A stretch of DNA of 64,000 nucleotides from an uncultured delta proteobacterium (GCA_963808235.1 CAWEEQ010000004.1:2592001-2656000), one strand, 5' to 3'. Positions 48,029 to 58,410 are shown, counted from the first letter of the stretch. Numbers and translations are program-made. The notes: generated from the sequence alone by a model not told the origin.

Positions 48029-48080
48029 GCGTCCGCTGCGCGCCGCTACGGTGGCCGACGCGCTCGCGCGCGATTGACGA

Positions 48081-48102
48081 TTTCCACTTTTTCACTTTTC
48101 AC
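48081..48102 (-). repeat. Degenerate heptamer tandem repeat (GTGAAAA on the minus strand)
   Basis: Plus strand TTTCCAC TTTTTCAC TTTTCAC. Confidence 0.5.
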
Positions 48103-48183
48103 GTTTCGAAAAATCGCAAATGGAGGACGAAGCCATGAGGAAAAATAATTGGCGGCCGAAACCCGTAAGCAACGGAGTACAAG

Positions 48184-48921
48184 ATGTTCGAAAACGATAC
48201 AGAGGACGCATTCGACGCGTTCATCGGCGACGGATTGATAAGTGAAGTTCTTTACGAAGTCCGCAGCGGCAAGGAGGCGACGGTGTATTGCTGCCGCGGC
48301 GCGGAATCGAGTGGAAGAGAGTTCGTGGCGGCGAAAGTTTACCGGCCGCTCGAGCATCGCGGATTTCGCAACGACGCAATCTACCAGACCGGCCGCGACG
48401 CCCCTTTGGACAGCCGCAGCCGGCGCGCGTTGGCGAACAAGACCCGGCATGGGCGCGATGTCCAATTCGGCACCTGGATCAATGCGGAGTTTCAGATCAT
48501 GCGCCTGCTGCATGACGCGGGCGCAGACGTGCCCGAGGTGCTCGCACGATCGGGAAGCGCTCTGCTGATGGAATATTTCGGCGACGAGCGCGGTGCCGCG
48601 CCGATGCTGTTCCGCGCCGCGCTCAATCGCGAAGAGGCCGGCGCGATTCTCCGCAAGATAATCGACAACGTGACCCTATGGCTCGCGAACCATCTGGTGC
48701 ATGGCGACCTGTCGCCGTACAACCTTCTTTACTGGGAGGGGCGAATCGTCGCGATCGATTTTCCGCAGGCGGTCGACGCGCGGGTCAATCCGGCGGCGCG
48801 GTCGTTGCTGATGCGCGATCTGGAAAATGTGTGCGGGTATTTTTCGAAGTATGGAATCCGCGCGGACGCGCATCGGATCGCCAACGGTCTCTGGGTGCAG
48901 TACCAGGCTGGACGGCTCTAG
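48184..48921 (+). CDS. RIO1-family serine kinase/ATPase
   Basis: SGKEATVY, AAKVYR, LLMEY, HGDLSPYNLL, IDFPQ, RDLEN. Confidence 0.92.
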   Translation: MFENDTEDAFDAFIGDGLISEVLYEVRSGKEATVYCCRGAESSGREFVAAKVYRPLEHRGFRNDAIYQTGRDAPLDSRSRRALANKTRHGRDVQFGTWINAEFQIMRLLHDAGADVPEVLARSGSALLMEYFGDERGAAPMLFRAALNREEAGAILRKIIDNVTLWLANHLVHGDLSPYNLLYWEGRIVAIDFPQAVDARVNPAARSLLMRDLENVCGYFSKYGIRADAHRIANGLWVQYQAGRL

Positions 48922-48940
48922 GAGTCGGAGCGATCGGGGG

Positions 48941-48980
48941 TGCGGCGCGCCCACCAGAAGATGTCGCATAGCGCGCCGCA
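48941..48980. repeat. 10-bp perfect inverted repeat between convergent genes
   Basis: TGCGGCGCGC-N20-GCGCGCCGCA. Confidence 0.4.
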
Positions 48981-49128
48981 TGCGGGGAGGTAGACTTTTG
49001 GCGGCTCGGCGCGATCGACGGCGGCGTCAATGGGCGAATCTGCCTGCTCGGGCGATGCAGTGTTAGGAAGAGCCGCCCTTTTCCCGCCGCGTTCCATTGT
49101 CACTAATTCTAGTCGAACCCGAGCGCCG

Positions 49129-50049
49129 CTAGTAGAAGCGATGTTCTCCGGGAGGGCGGGTTTTCCAGCGGCGGTGGATCCAGTTCCAGTGGTCGGGATG
49201 CTCGCGGATCATGCCCTCGAGCGTGCTCGTATAGCGCTGGGTGTACTCGCGGACGTCTCTTTCGCGGTCGCGGGTTTTCTCGGCATAGATGGCGGGGAGA
49301 ATAGTGATCTTGTGGTGAACCGTGTCGCCCTGCCGCACCATGAAGACCGGAATCACCGGCGCGCCGGTCGCGATTGCGAGCCGCGCCATCCCGTCGCTGG
49401 TCGATGCGGGCATCCCGAAAAAATCCACGAACACTCCCTTGCGCACGTCGAGGTCGAGCGCGATCGCGATCATCCAGTTCTGCCGGAGCATCCGGAGCAT
49501 CTCGCGGCCGCCGGCCTTGCGCTCGATGACCCGGTTGCCATAGCGGACGCGCGCGCCGCATACGGCCGCATCGATAAGCGGATTGCGCAGCGCGCGATGC
49601 ACGATCGCGAGATGATATCCGTAAATAGAATGGGCGAGCTGCAGAAGTTCGAAATTTCCGTAATGCCCGGTCAGTACGAACAGACCGCGGCCCTTGCTGC
49701 GGCGTTCGGCTTCGTCCCAATGCTCCTTGCCCTCGTAGGTGGCGACGCTCTCGATATTGGCGCGGCTCAGCTCGCCGCAGTGAGTCCACTCGGCGAGCAT
49801 CCGGCCCCAGCTGCGATACATCTTGCGGAGCATCGCGAGCCGCTCCTGCGCGGTCATCTCGGGGAAAGCGATCTCGAGGTTCTTGAGCGCAATCGGCCGG
49901 TTGGGACGATCGAAATTCATCGCCCATCCGCCGAGGCGAGCACCCGCACGCACGGCGCGCTGAAGCGGCATCGCACGCAACGCGGCAGTCACGGCAGAAA
50001 TGCCGGTGTATTCGATTCGAGCTTGAACAGCGCCTATCTGTCGGGCCAT
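49129..50049 (-). CDS. lpxL: Lipid A late acyltransferase (LpxL/HtrB family)
   Basis: NLEIAFPE, TGHYGNFE, VFVDFFG, P(D)HWNWIHRRWK. Confidence 0.88.
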   Translation of the reverse strand: MARQIGAVQARIEYTGISAVTAALRAMPLQRAVRAGARLGGWAMNFDRPNRPIALKNLEIAFPEMTAQERLAMLRKMYRSWGRMLAEWTHCGELSRANIESVATYEGKEHWDEAERRSKGRGLFVLTGHYGNFELLQLAHSIYGYHLAIVHRALRNPLIDAAVCGARVRYGNRVIERKAGGREMLRMLRQNWMIAIALDLDVRKGVFVDFFGMPASTSDGMARLAIATGAPVIPVFMVRQGDTVHHKITILPAIYAEKTRDRERDVREYTQRYTSTLEGMIREHPDHWNWIHRRWKTRPPGEHRFY

Positions 50050-50130
50050 TGGAATTTGAGAATGTTCAGACAAAGCAACGGCGCGCAAGCTGAACGCATG
50101 CGCGCCGCCGTGGTGCTCTACACTTTTGAT

Positions 50131-52812
50131 TTACGGAGCGAGCGCCGGGGTAACTCCCTTCGATGATGCGCCAAGCGCGCTCGATGACTCCGAGAGCCCG
50201 TCGCCGGTGGCGGCGGGACTGGCGGAAACGGTGCCCGCACCCGAATCAAGCGGAGCACTCGGAGCACTGGAGGCAATTGGAGCACTCGATGCACTCGGAG
50301 CTCTGGTCGCAATCGAAGCGCTAGCGGCGCCGGGTGTCTTGTTCATCGAGGTCGGCCCGATCTCTTCGGTATTGAACGGAGTCTCGACGTTTCCGCTGCT
50401 GCCCGGAGCCACTTCGCCCGGCGTTGGATTCTCAGGACCCGGTGCGACGGCCGCGCCGCCATAAGGAGCGTTCAGGTCAGCCTCGGGAGAAACGGGAATC
50501 GAGAAGCTCGGCTTGTACAGTTCTCTGATCTGCGAAGCCGGCATGTCGTGAATTTCCTTGCGGCCGATCGAGTTGGCGAACCGCTGGCGTTCGTCGAGAG
50601 CGAGCGAGCGCAGCTCGGTCTTGTTGCGAATGACGTGCGGGGTCAGGAACACGATCAGGTTGTCCTTCTGCTTGTCGTTGCTCTTGTCGCTGAACAGGTT
50701 TCCGAGCACCGGGATACTCGAGATGAACGGGATGCCCTGGTTGGTGATCTGATCCTGGCTTGCGAGCAAGCCGCCGATTACCGCGGTGCGATGGTTCTGG
50801 ATCATCACCGTGGTCGAGGCGGAGCGAATGGTCGTGGTCGGGCCGAGCGGGTTGTTCGCGGTGCCGTTGACGACGTTGGAAACCTCTTCGTAGAGATCCA
50901 GTTTGACGTAGTCGCCTTCTATTCCGGAGACTTGCGGCACGATATCGAGCGTGATGCCGACGTTCTGGCGTTCGACCGAGTTGAAGATCTGCCCGGGCAG
51001 TCCGGCGTTGGCCGCCGACGAGCCGACGAAGGGCAGGTTCTGCCCGACCACAATCATGGCTTCTTCATTGTCGGCGGTCAGCAGGGTCGGCGCGGAGAGC
51101 ACGTTGGCGTGCTGGTCGGTTTCGAGCGCGATGAGGAGTGCCGCGTCGCAAGGAATGTTCACCGTGCCGGTGGTGGAGGTGCCGGTGCCGCCTGTTCCCG
51201 AAGCGGCCGCCGCGAGCGTGCTCGGGACTGCACACATCGTTTTCGAGGCAAGCCCCATCGCGAGGCCGGTCACTCCGAGCGGATTGCCGAGCACATTCTG
51301 AAGCTGGCCGGTGTTAAATGTGCCGACGCCGATCGTACTTCCACTAATGTTCGTGCCGGCGTTGAAGTTGACGCCCAACTCGCGCTGGCGCTCGGCGGAT
51401 ACTTCGACGATGACGGCTTGCACGAAGATCTGGACGCGCGGCTTGTCAAGGTCGTCAACAATTTGCCGGAGCGTCTCCCAATCCTGCGGCAACGCGCTGA
51501 TCACGAGCTGGTTGGTCGCGGGATCGGCAGTTACTTGTACCGGGTAATGGAAATCGACACCCTTGCCGGCGGAACTCGCTGACGACGATCCGCTACCGGC
51601 AGCAGAGGAGCCACTGCTGCTGCGCAGCCCGCCGCCACCCCCAAATCCGCCGCCGCCGCCGAATCCACCGCCGCCGCCAAAGCCGCCGCCGCCACTGGAA
51701 CCGCCAAAGCTTGCGCTGCTCATCAACCCGCCGCCGCCGCCGCCATAGCCGCCGCCGATTCCGCCAAAGCCCGAATTGCCGTAGCCACTGGCGGCGCTGT
51801 TGAAACTCGAGCGACCGAGCGATCCTTTGCCGGTGGTCGGCGAGAGCGTGCTCGGGCTGCTGCCGTTGTTGAGCAGGCTGTTGAGCACCTGGACCATCTC
51901 GATCGCCTCGGCGTTCTTCAGCCGGTAAACATGTATTCGCGAGGTCGCGTTGGTCGGTGAAACGTCAAGCTTGCCGACGATATCCGAGATCTCGCGCATC
52001 TGAAGCGGCGGCGCCAGCACGATCAGCGAGTTGGTGCGCTCGTCGGGGATGACTTTGTAGCCGGTCGCTGATCCAGTGGAGGAAGCGCCTCCGATACCCA
52101 GTTGCGGGCGTCCGGGCACTTGCGCGCCGCCCGAGGACTGCATCCGCGCCGCCATCAACTGATCGATCTCCGGGGCCAACTCGCCCGCGAACGCTATTCT
52201 GAGCGGGATAACCTCGACGGTCGGCTGATCGCCGCGCACGTCGAGGCTGCCGATTACCTGGAGCAATCTTTCGACGTTGTAAGCGTCGTCGGTCACGATG
52301 ACGGTGTTGTCACTGGGAAACGCGGCGACCAGACCGTCGTGCGAGACCATCGGCTGGATAACTCCGACCACCGAGGCCGCGTCGATATTTTTAAGCCGCA
52401 CCATCCGGGTGACGTACTCGTCGCCCCGGGTCTCGGCAGGCGACTGGGATTGGGTCAGCGCAGCCGACGAGCGGATGTTGCGCGCGGGAACGATTTTGAT
52501 CACCTTGCCGGCCTGGACGGTGGTGAAGCCCTTAACCTGTAGGACGGACTGGAAAATCGAATAGGCCTGTTCGGGAGTCACCTTGCTCGGCGAGATGATA
52601 GTAACCTTGCCGCGCACGCTTTCGTCGATGATGAAGTTGCGGCCGGTGATCTCGCTGATGAACTTGGCGAGAACGGGAATATCCACGTTCTGGAAATTCA
52701 TCGTGATCTGATTTTGTGGAGGCAGTCCGACGGGATCCGCCGCAGACGCCCGGAACGCGCAGGCTCCAACAAATAGCGCTGCTGCCAGCGCCCCGGCCAA
52801 TAGACGGTTCAT
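50131..52812 (-). CDS. gspD: Type II secretion system secretin GspD
   Basis: MNFQNVDI..ITGRNFII..VRGKVTIIS (N0), N1-N3 repeats, NVLSAPTLLTADNEEA, IPVLGNLF..NLIVFLTPHVI; start ATG 52812. Confidence 0.92.
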   Translation of the reverse strand: MNRLLAGALAAALFVGACAFRASAADPVGLPPQNQITMNFQNVDIPVLAKFISEITGRNFIIDESVRGKVTIISPSKVTPEQAYSIFQSVLQVKGFTTVQAGKVIKIVPARNIRSSAALTQSQSPAETRGDEYVTRMVRLKNIDAASVVGVIQPMVSHDGLVAAFPSDNTVIVTDDAYNVERLLQVIGSLDVRGDQPTVEVIPLRIAFAGELAPEIDQLMAARMQSSGGAQVPGRPQLGIGGASSTGSATGYKVIPDERTNSLIVLAPPLQMREISDIVGKLDVSPTNATSRIHVYRLKNAEAIEMVQVLNSLLNNGSSPSTLSPTTGKGSLGRSSFNSAASGYGNSGFGGIGGGYGGGGGGLMSSASFGGSSGGGGFGGGGGFGGGGGFGGGGGLRSSSGSSAAGSGSSSASSAGKGVDFHYPVQVTADPATNQLVISALPQDWETLRQIVDDLDKPRVQIFVQAVIVEVSAERQRELGVNFNAGTNISGSTIGVGTFNTGQLQNVLGNPLGVTGLAMGLASKTMCAVPSTLAAAASGTGGTGTSTTGTVNIPCDAALLIALETDQHANVLSAPTLLTADNEEAMIVVGQNLPFVGSSAANAGLPGQIFNSVERQNVGITLDIVPQVSGIEGDYVKLDLYEEVSNVVNGTANNPLGPTTTIRSASTTVMIQNHRTAVIGGLLASQDQITNQGIPFISSIPVLGNLFSDKSNDKQKDNLIVFLTPHVIRNKTELRSLALDERQRFANSIGRKEIHDMPASQIRELYKPSFSIPVSPEADLNAPYGGAAVAPGPENPTPGEVAPGSSGNVETPFNTEEIGPTSMNKTPGAASASIATRAPSASSAPIASSAPSAPLDSGAGTVSASPAATGDGLSESSSALGASSKGVTPALAP
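51625..51780 (-). repeat. Coding low-complexity repeat (GGGGF)n within gspD
   Basis: Roughly 18-nt periodic ccgccgccg units encoding GGGGFGGGGGFGGGGGFGGGGG. Confidence 0.8.
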
Positions 52813-53028
52813 CCGAGCACCCTCCCCGCAATTTCGGGTCAAACGCCGTGAGCTTAATTCACACCCCCGAGGCAGTGCAACCCACAAAGATTGCAAATGC
52901 GCCGAGGCTCGGCGACTATGACGAAGTCTGCGCCCATTTGATTCAATGAACCCCGCGAACCAAAACGCTTTCCGCACGTGCGCAGGTCCGCGCGGGGCCG
53001 CCGCCGGCAGCCGGTAAGGATATCCGGA

Positions 53029-54309
53029 TTGCGCTTCGAATTCCTGATCGGACTGCGATATTTGCGGGCCCGGCGCCGCGAACGATTCGTCTCGCTGATC
53101 GCGATAATTTCTCTTATCGGAGTCACACTCGGGACTTGGGCGCTGACGGTTGCGCTGTCGGTGATGTGCGGATTCCAGGAAGATTTGCGCGGCCGGCTGC
53201 TCGCATTCACTCCGCAAATCACGATCGAACGCAGTGACGGCGGGGTCTGGAATCCAGCCGACCTGGAGAAGAAACTCGCGGCTATTCCCGCCGTGACCGC
53301 GTCTGCGCCATTCGTTACCTCGCAGGTGATGGCGGTATCGAGCACGGATACTGGGGCACCCGGGCTCGTTTCGGGCGGAATTTTGCGCGGCGTTATCGCA
53401 CACGACAACCCGGTCCTGAAAGAATTGCAAAGCACGCTCGAGTCGGGAAGCCTCGCCGGACTGGAGAAGACCTATCCGGTGACTATCTTGGACAAGAGCG
53501 TGAAGCGGGAAGTCGAGCTGCCGGGCGCGATAGTCGGCAGGCAGCTCGCCTTGGACCTCGACGCGAGAGTTGGCGATCCGATCATTCTGATTTCGCCCGC
53601 AAGCCTGGGCTCGGGAATCGGGCCGCCGCGGCTCAAGCGATTCGTGGTCGAGGGCATCTTTCACTCCGGCATGTACGAGTTCGACTCGACGCTGGTTTTC
53701 ACCGCGCTGAAAGACGGACGCGCGCTGCTGGCTGATGATCCGAATCTGGAGAGCGGGCTGGAACTCAGGCTGGTCAACATGTTCGACGCGCCGGCGATGC
53801 GCAACCAGATCGCGGCGATCGCGGGGCCGGACTTCGAGGTTTCCGATTGGACCACGGCCAACGCGCCGCTCTTCTCCGCGCTGCAACTGGAGAAGTTCAC
53901 CTATTTCATGGTGCTGCTGCTGATCGTGCTGGTCGCCGCGTTCAACATTATCGCGACGCTGGTGATGGTGGTGATGGAGCGACGCAAGGAAATCGCTATT
54001 GTGCGCGCGATGGGCGCGCGGGCCGTGTCGGTGGCGGCGATCTTCTTATGCGAAGGGGCGGCGCTCGGGATCGTCGGCACGATGATCGGCGTCGTTGCGG
54101 GCTTTCTGACTTCTTTCGCAATCGGCAGGTACCATCTGATTCGTCTGCCCGCCGACATGTTCATGGTGAGCAACGTGCCGGTGTGCCTGCGTGCGGTTAA
54201 TTTTATCGCGGTGGCGGCGGCGACGATCGTGCTGTGCCTGCTCGCGGCGGTTTACCCGGCATTGCAGGCGATGCGCCTCTCGCCGGTCGAGGTGATTCGT
54301 TATGAGTGA
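53029..54309 (+). CDS. lolC: Lipoprotein-releasing ABC transporter permease LolC/E
   Basis: [62 protein letters not shown]; TTG start after AAGGA. Confidence 0.92.
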   Translation: MRFEFLIGLRYLRARRRERFVSLIAIISLIGVTLGTWALTVALSVMCGFQEDLRGRLLAFTPQITIERSDGGVWNPADLEKKLAAIPAVTASAPFVTSQVMAVSSTDTGAPGLVSGGILRGVIAHDNPVLKELQSTLESGSLAGLEKTYPVTILDKSVKREVELPGAIVGRQLALDLDARVGDPIILISPASLGSGIGPPRLKRFVVEGIFHSGMYEFDSTLVFTALKDGRALLADDPNLESGLELRLVNMFDAPAMRNQIAAIAGPDFEVSDWTTANAPLFSALQLEKFTYFMVLLLIVLVAAFNIIATLVMVVMERRKEIAIVRAMGARAVSVAAIFLCEGAALGIVGTMIGVVAGFLTSFAIGRYHLIRLPADMFMVSNVPVCLRAVNFIAVAAATIVLCLLAAVYPALQAMRLSPVEVIRYE

Positions 54310-55030
54310 ACCGCGCGCGGGCGCAGCGAAACCGAAAGGCGCGGGCGGGCGTCTAATCGAGGTGCGCGGCCTCGACAAGAATTTCTATGACGCCGATCGC
54401 GAGATCCGGGTGCTGCGTGGGCTCGACCTTACGGTAAATGCCGGTGAGGAGGTCGCGATCGTCGGGCAATCGGGAACCGGCAAGTCGACGCTGTTGTACA
54501 TCATCGGCAGCCTGGAGGAGGCGACTGCGGGCAAGGTTTTTTTCGAAGGCGAGGATTTGTTCGCGCTCGATCAGAAAGCGCTCGCCGAGTTCCGCAATCT
54601 GAAGCTGGGCTTCGTGTTCCAGTTCCATTACCTGCTCGCTGATTTCACGGCGCTGGAGAACGTTATGATGCCCGCGTTGATTGGCCGGATGCCCGATGAA
54701 ACCGCGCGCAAGCTCGCGACCGAGGTGCTGGAGATCGTGGGACTCGGCGACAAGCTCGGGCGGCGGCCGGCGGAGCTTTCGGGCGGCGAGCAGCAGCGGG
54801 TAGCGGTCGCGCGCGCGGTGGTGCTGCGGCCGAAGCTGCTGCTTGCGGACGAGCCGACCGGCAACCTGGATCCGCACACCGCCGAGGAAGTTCACGACTT
54901 GTTCCACAAACTGAACCGCGAGTTGGGGATAACGCTGGTGATCGCGACTCACAATGAGCGCCTGACGCGCAGCGTCGGCCGCGCATTGCGCCTTCATGAG
55001 GGAAAATTGCTCGCCGAGCCGAAGAGCTGA
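54302..55030 (+). CDS. lolD: Lipoprotein-releasing ABC transporter ATPase
   Basis: [41 protein letters not shown]. Confidence 0.95.
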   Translation: MSEPRAGAAKPKGAGGRLIEVRGLDKNFYDADREIRVLRGLDLTVNAGEEVAIVGQSGTGKSTLLYIIGSLEEATAGKVFFEGEDLFALDQKALAEFRNLKLGFVFQFHYLLADFTALENVMMPALIGRMPDETARKLATEVLEIVGLGDKLGRRPAELSGGEQQRVAVARAVVLRPKLLLADEPTGNLDPHTAEEVHDLFHKLNRELGITLVIATHNERLTRSVGRALRLHEGKLLAEPKS

Positions 55031-55157
55031 CGGCTCTTGAGCGATCGCAGCGTGATGAAAAGCGCCGCGGCGAGTCGGCGAAGTTGCTTGGGCGGATAAG
55101 TCGGTTTACATGGGAAGACCGATTGGCTAGTTTGGTCGCCGTTTTTAGTGTGGTTGA

Positions 55158-57569
55158 GTGACATTAGAAAAATTCAACGCGCGCACGCGTCGCGCGCCGC
55201 TATATCGAGGACTGTCGACCCGTGTCCGCGCGATGCTGATCCTCGCGCTGGGGCTGCTTTTTACGGCGGCCGCCGCACTTGCGCAGGGCCCCGCGCCAAC
55301 AATTTCGCGGATCGAGATCACCGGTAATCAACGCGTCGAAGCCGACGCGATTCGCATCCACATCAGCCAGCAACCCGGCCAACCGCTCGACCATGACGCC
55401 GTCGACGCGGACATCAAGGCAATTTACAAGATGGGTTTTTTCGACAACGTGACGGCCGCGGTCGAGCAACGCGGCGGCGCCAACGTGCTGGTGTACAGGA
55501 TCAGCGAACGCCCGCAGATAAGCGACGTCAAGCTGTACGGGATGAAAAAGATCCGCTCGAACGACGACAAGATCGTCGCGGCGGTCAAGGTTCATCCCGG
55601 CGCGATCCTGGATCCGATCGCGGTCAAGGAGAGCATCAACGGCATCACCCAGGTTTACGCGGAGAAGGGCTATACCGACGCGAAGGTGACTTTCAAAGCG
55701 ATCCCGCAGCCCGACAACACGGCGTTCGCGGAATTCGACGTGGTCGAAGGCGGCACGGTCCAGATCACGAAGATCAACTTCGAGGGCAACAAGGCGTTTT
55801 CCTCGCGGACGCTGGGCTCGGTCATCGAAACCAAAACTTACAGCAAGCTTCTCAGCTGGGTCACGGGATGGGGCGCGCTGGATCAGAAGAAGCTGCAGGA
55901 AGACGTCGATCGGCTGAGCGCATTTTATTACGACAACGGATACCTGAACGTCCAGATAACGCCGCCGCGGGTGGTGCGCACGGGCGACCAGATTGCGCTG
56001 ACCTTCACGATTGACGAGGGCATCCCGTTCCGGGTCGGCAAAATCAATATCGAAGGCAATTTGAAGTTCCCGCGCCGCGAGCTGCGCAAACAAGTGACGA
56101 TGAAGACCGGCGAGCTGTTTCGCGGCTCCGCGCTGCAGCATCAGGTGCTCGCGCTGTCGGACTTCTACTCTAATCGCGGCTACGCATACGTGAACGTCGA
56201 TCCGCGCACGCAACTGATCAACTCGACCAAGAAGGTCAACGTCACCTTCGTTGTCAACCCGGGCCATGAAGTCCTGATCGATCGGATCAATATCAGCGGC
56301 AATACCAAGACTGCCGACAAGGTTATCCGGCGCGAGGTCCAGATCCAGGAACAGGAGCCGTACAGCGCCGAGGAGATTCGCGACTCCAAGGTCCGGCTCG
56401 ATCGGCTGGGTTTCTTCAGCGACACGCGAATCACAACCACGCCCGCGGCGCAGCCGGACAAGATCAATCTCAACGTCAACGTTACCGAGGCCAACACCGC
56501 ATCGTTCCAGGTCGCGGGCGGTTTCGACAGCTATCAATCGCTGTTCGGCAATTTCACGCTGGGCAATACCAACCTGTTCGGCGGCGGCGAATCGTTGATC
56601 CTGAACGCGCAGGTCGGCTTCCTGTTCCAGAACTACAGCATCAGTTATACGGAGCCGTGGTTCCTGGATATTCCGCTCGGCGTGGGCCTGCAGTTGTTCG
56701 ACAACAAGACCTACCTGCTGAGCTTCAACCAGTCGTCGGCCGGATTTACGCTGACGACGACTTATCCGCTGACCGAACTGGGCTTCAAGAAGCTAGGCCC
56801 CCTTTCGCTCAAGGACGTAAGCGCGGGGCTCGGCTACTCGTTCCAGAGCGTCGGAATCACCGGATTGAACCCGCTCACGACTTTCCAGATTGCGCGCTAT
56901 CGCGGCTATACGCAGACCTCGGAGATAACGCCGACGATTCGGCGCTTCACGGTGGACAATCCGACCGACCCGCGCACCGGCACCGTCGAGAGTCTCAGCA
57001 TGCAGTTCGGCGGAATCGGCGGGGGCAACGAATTCATCAAGGGGGTCGCGCACGCGCGCTACTTCTATCCCTTCCTGAAGAGCCAGACGTTTGGAACTTT
57101 TGTGCTTTCGCAGGGCGTCACGTTCGGCATCGGAACCAATCTGAAAAGCGGCACCGGCGGCGAACTTCCACTCTACGAGCGGTTCTTTCCGGGTGGCGTA
57201 GGCGGTCCCGGCGATGTGCGCGGCTACCAGTTGTATTCGCTCGGACCGCAGGTGACGATTTTCAACTCGGGTGGACAGCCGATCAGCGTTCAGGACGTCG
57301 GTGGCAGCAAGGAACTGCTCTTCAGCAACGAAATCACCTTCCCGATACTCTCGGGGCTTGGAATCCGTGGGGTGATATTCAGCGACGCGGGGCAATCGTT
57401 CCGGCTCAAGGATTCGCTGGACATCACAAAATTGCAGGCTTCGTTCGGCTTCGGCGTGCGCTGGAAATCGCCGTTCGGGCCGCTCGCGGTAGATCTCGCA
57501 TTCCCGATAAATCCGCGACCGGCGGATCAGAGTACAGTTTTCGAGGTCGGCGCCGGCTCGCCGCTCTAA
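55158..57569 (+). CDS. bamA: Outer membrane protein assembly factor BamA
   Basis: Five POTRA-like repeats, NLFGGG, VRGY loop motif, WKSPFGPL; start may be ATG 55233. Confidence 0.95.
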   Translation: MTLEKFNARTRRAPLYRGLSTRVRAMLILALGLLFTAAAALAQGPAPTISRIEITGNQRVEADAIRIHISQQPGQPLDHDAVDADIKAIYKMGFFDNVTAAVEQRGGANVLVYRISERPQISDVKLYGMKKIRSNDDKIVAAVKVHPGAILDPIAVKESINGITQVYAEKGYTDAKVTFKAIPQPDNTAFAEFDVVEGGTVQITKINFEGNKAFSSRTLGSVIETKTYSKLLSWVTGWGALDQKKLQEDVDRLSAFYYDNGYLNVQITPPRVVRTGDQIALTFTIDEGIPFRVGKINIEGNLKFPRRELRKQVTMKTGELFRGSALQHQVLALSDFYSNRGYAYVNVDPRTQLINSTKKVNVTFVVNPGHEVLIDRINISGNTKTADKVIRREVQIQEQEPYSAEEIRDSKVRLDRLGFFSDTRITTTPAAQPDKINLNVNVTEANTASFQVAGGFDSYQSLFGNFTLGNTNLFGGGESLILNAQVGFLFQNYSISYTEPWFLDIPLGVGLQLFDNKTYLLSFNQSSAGFTLTTTYPLTELGFKKLGPLSLKDVSAGLGYSFQSVGITGLNPLTTFQIARYRGYTQTSEITPTIRRFTVDNPTDPRTGTVESLSMQFGGIGGGNEFIKGVAHARYFYPFLKSQTFGTFVLSQGVTFGIGTNLKSGTGGELPLYERFFPGGVGGPGDVRGYQLYSLGPQVTIFNSGGQPISVQDVGGSKELLFSNEITFPILSGLGIRGVIFSDAGQSFRLKDSLDITKLQASFGFGVRWKSPFGPLAVDLAFPINPRPADQSTVFEVGAGSPL

Positions 57570-57749
57570 GCGATGCGTTGAGAGTGCATTTTCTGCGATT
57601 GCCAGATTGGCGGCGCTGGCCGGTCGCTTCGCTTTGGTGTTAACGGACGGAATAACGTGTATATTTCACCCAGCAGCGGCTGACGCATTGCCACTGCCGT
57701 GGAGACTTTTCCCAAAAACCGCAATTAGCAGGGAGGCAGTCCGGGCTGT

Positions 57750-58400
57750 ATGAGGCAACGATTTTTGTTCGGTGCGTTGATGGGCGCGGTGCTTGCGCTG
57801 ATGTCCGCCGCGATTCCCGCGCGCGCCGAAATGAAGTTCGCGTACGTCGACGTGCAGCGTGCGCTCAATGAGTGCGACGCCGGCAAGAAGGCCAAGGCCG
57901 AGTTCCAGGGACGCGTCACCTCGCTCGAAGGGCGCCTGCAGCGGCAGCAAAACGAGGTCCAGGCCCTTAAGGACGAGATCGAGAAAAAGGGCATGCTGAT
58001 GACCGAGACCGAACGGCAGAGCAAGCAGGATCAGTACGTTGCCAAGCTCAAGAACTTCGAGCGTGACTACAAGGATTCGAAGGACGAACTGCAGGCCAAG
58101 GACAACGAGATGACCTCCAAGATCGTGCACGATCTCGCCCAGGTCATTCGAACTATCGGCGAGCGCGACAACTACACGATGGTCATGGAAAAAGGATCGA
58201 TACTGTGGGGCGCCCCCGGGATCGATATCACCGACCAGGTAATTCGCAGTTACAACGCGATGCACGTGCAGGTCGGCATGGTTGGAGAGACCGGTGGAGG
58301 CGGAGTATCGCGCACCAGTGCCAGCTCGGAACAGGCCGGCGCTCCGGTGCCGTCTGAGTTCGGCTCGTCCGCGGCCAAGCGCTCGACTATTTCGAAGTAA
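57750..58400 (+). CDS. skp: Periplasmic chaperone Skp/OmpH
   Basis: Signal peptide, KFAYVDVQRAL, coiled coil, DITDQVI; follows bamA. Confidence 0.9.
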   Translation: MRQRFLFGALMGAVLALMSAAIPARAEMKFAYVDVQRALNECDAGKKAKAEFQGRVTSLEGRLQRQQNEVQALKDEIEKKGMLMTETERQSKQDQYVAKLKNFERDYKDSKDELQAKDNEMTSKIVHDLAQVIRTIGERDNYTMVMEKGSILWGAPGIDITDQVIRSYNAMHVQVGMVGETGGGGVSRTSASSEQAGAPVPSEFGSSAAKRSTISK

Positions 58401-58410
58401 GCTACCCGCC

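Noticed and set aside
50250-50305. 9-nt GGAGCACTC-like repeats as CRISPR or intergenic repeat
   Set aside because: They are short, degenerate, have no spacers, and encode the SAP-rich tail of GspD
52813-53886. 358-aa N-terminal extension of the 1251-aa gspD ORF
   Set aside because: It is the antisense shadow of lolC; the signal peptide and RBS (GGAGG) place the real start at 52812
57540-57569. BamA ending in GSPL rather than an aromatic residue
   Set aside because: The rest of the barrel signature is intact and terminal variation is probably lineage-specific; insufficient basis for a claim
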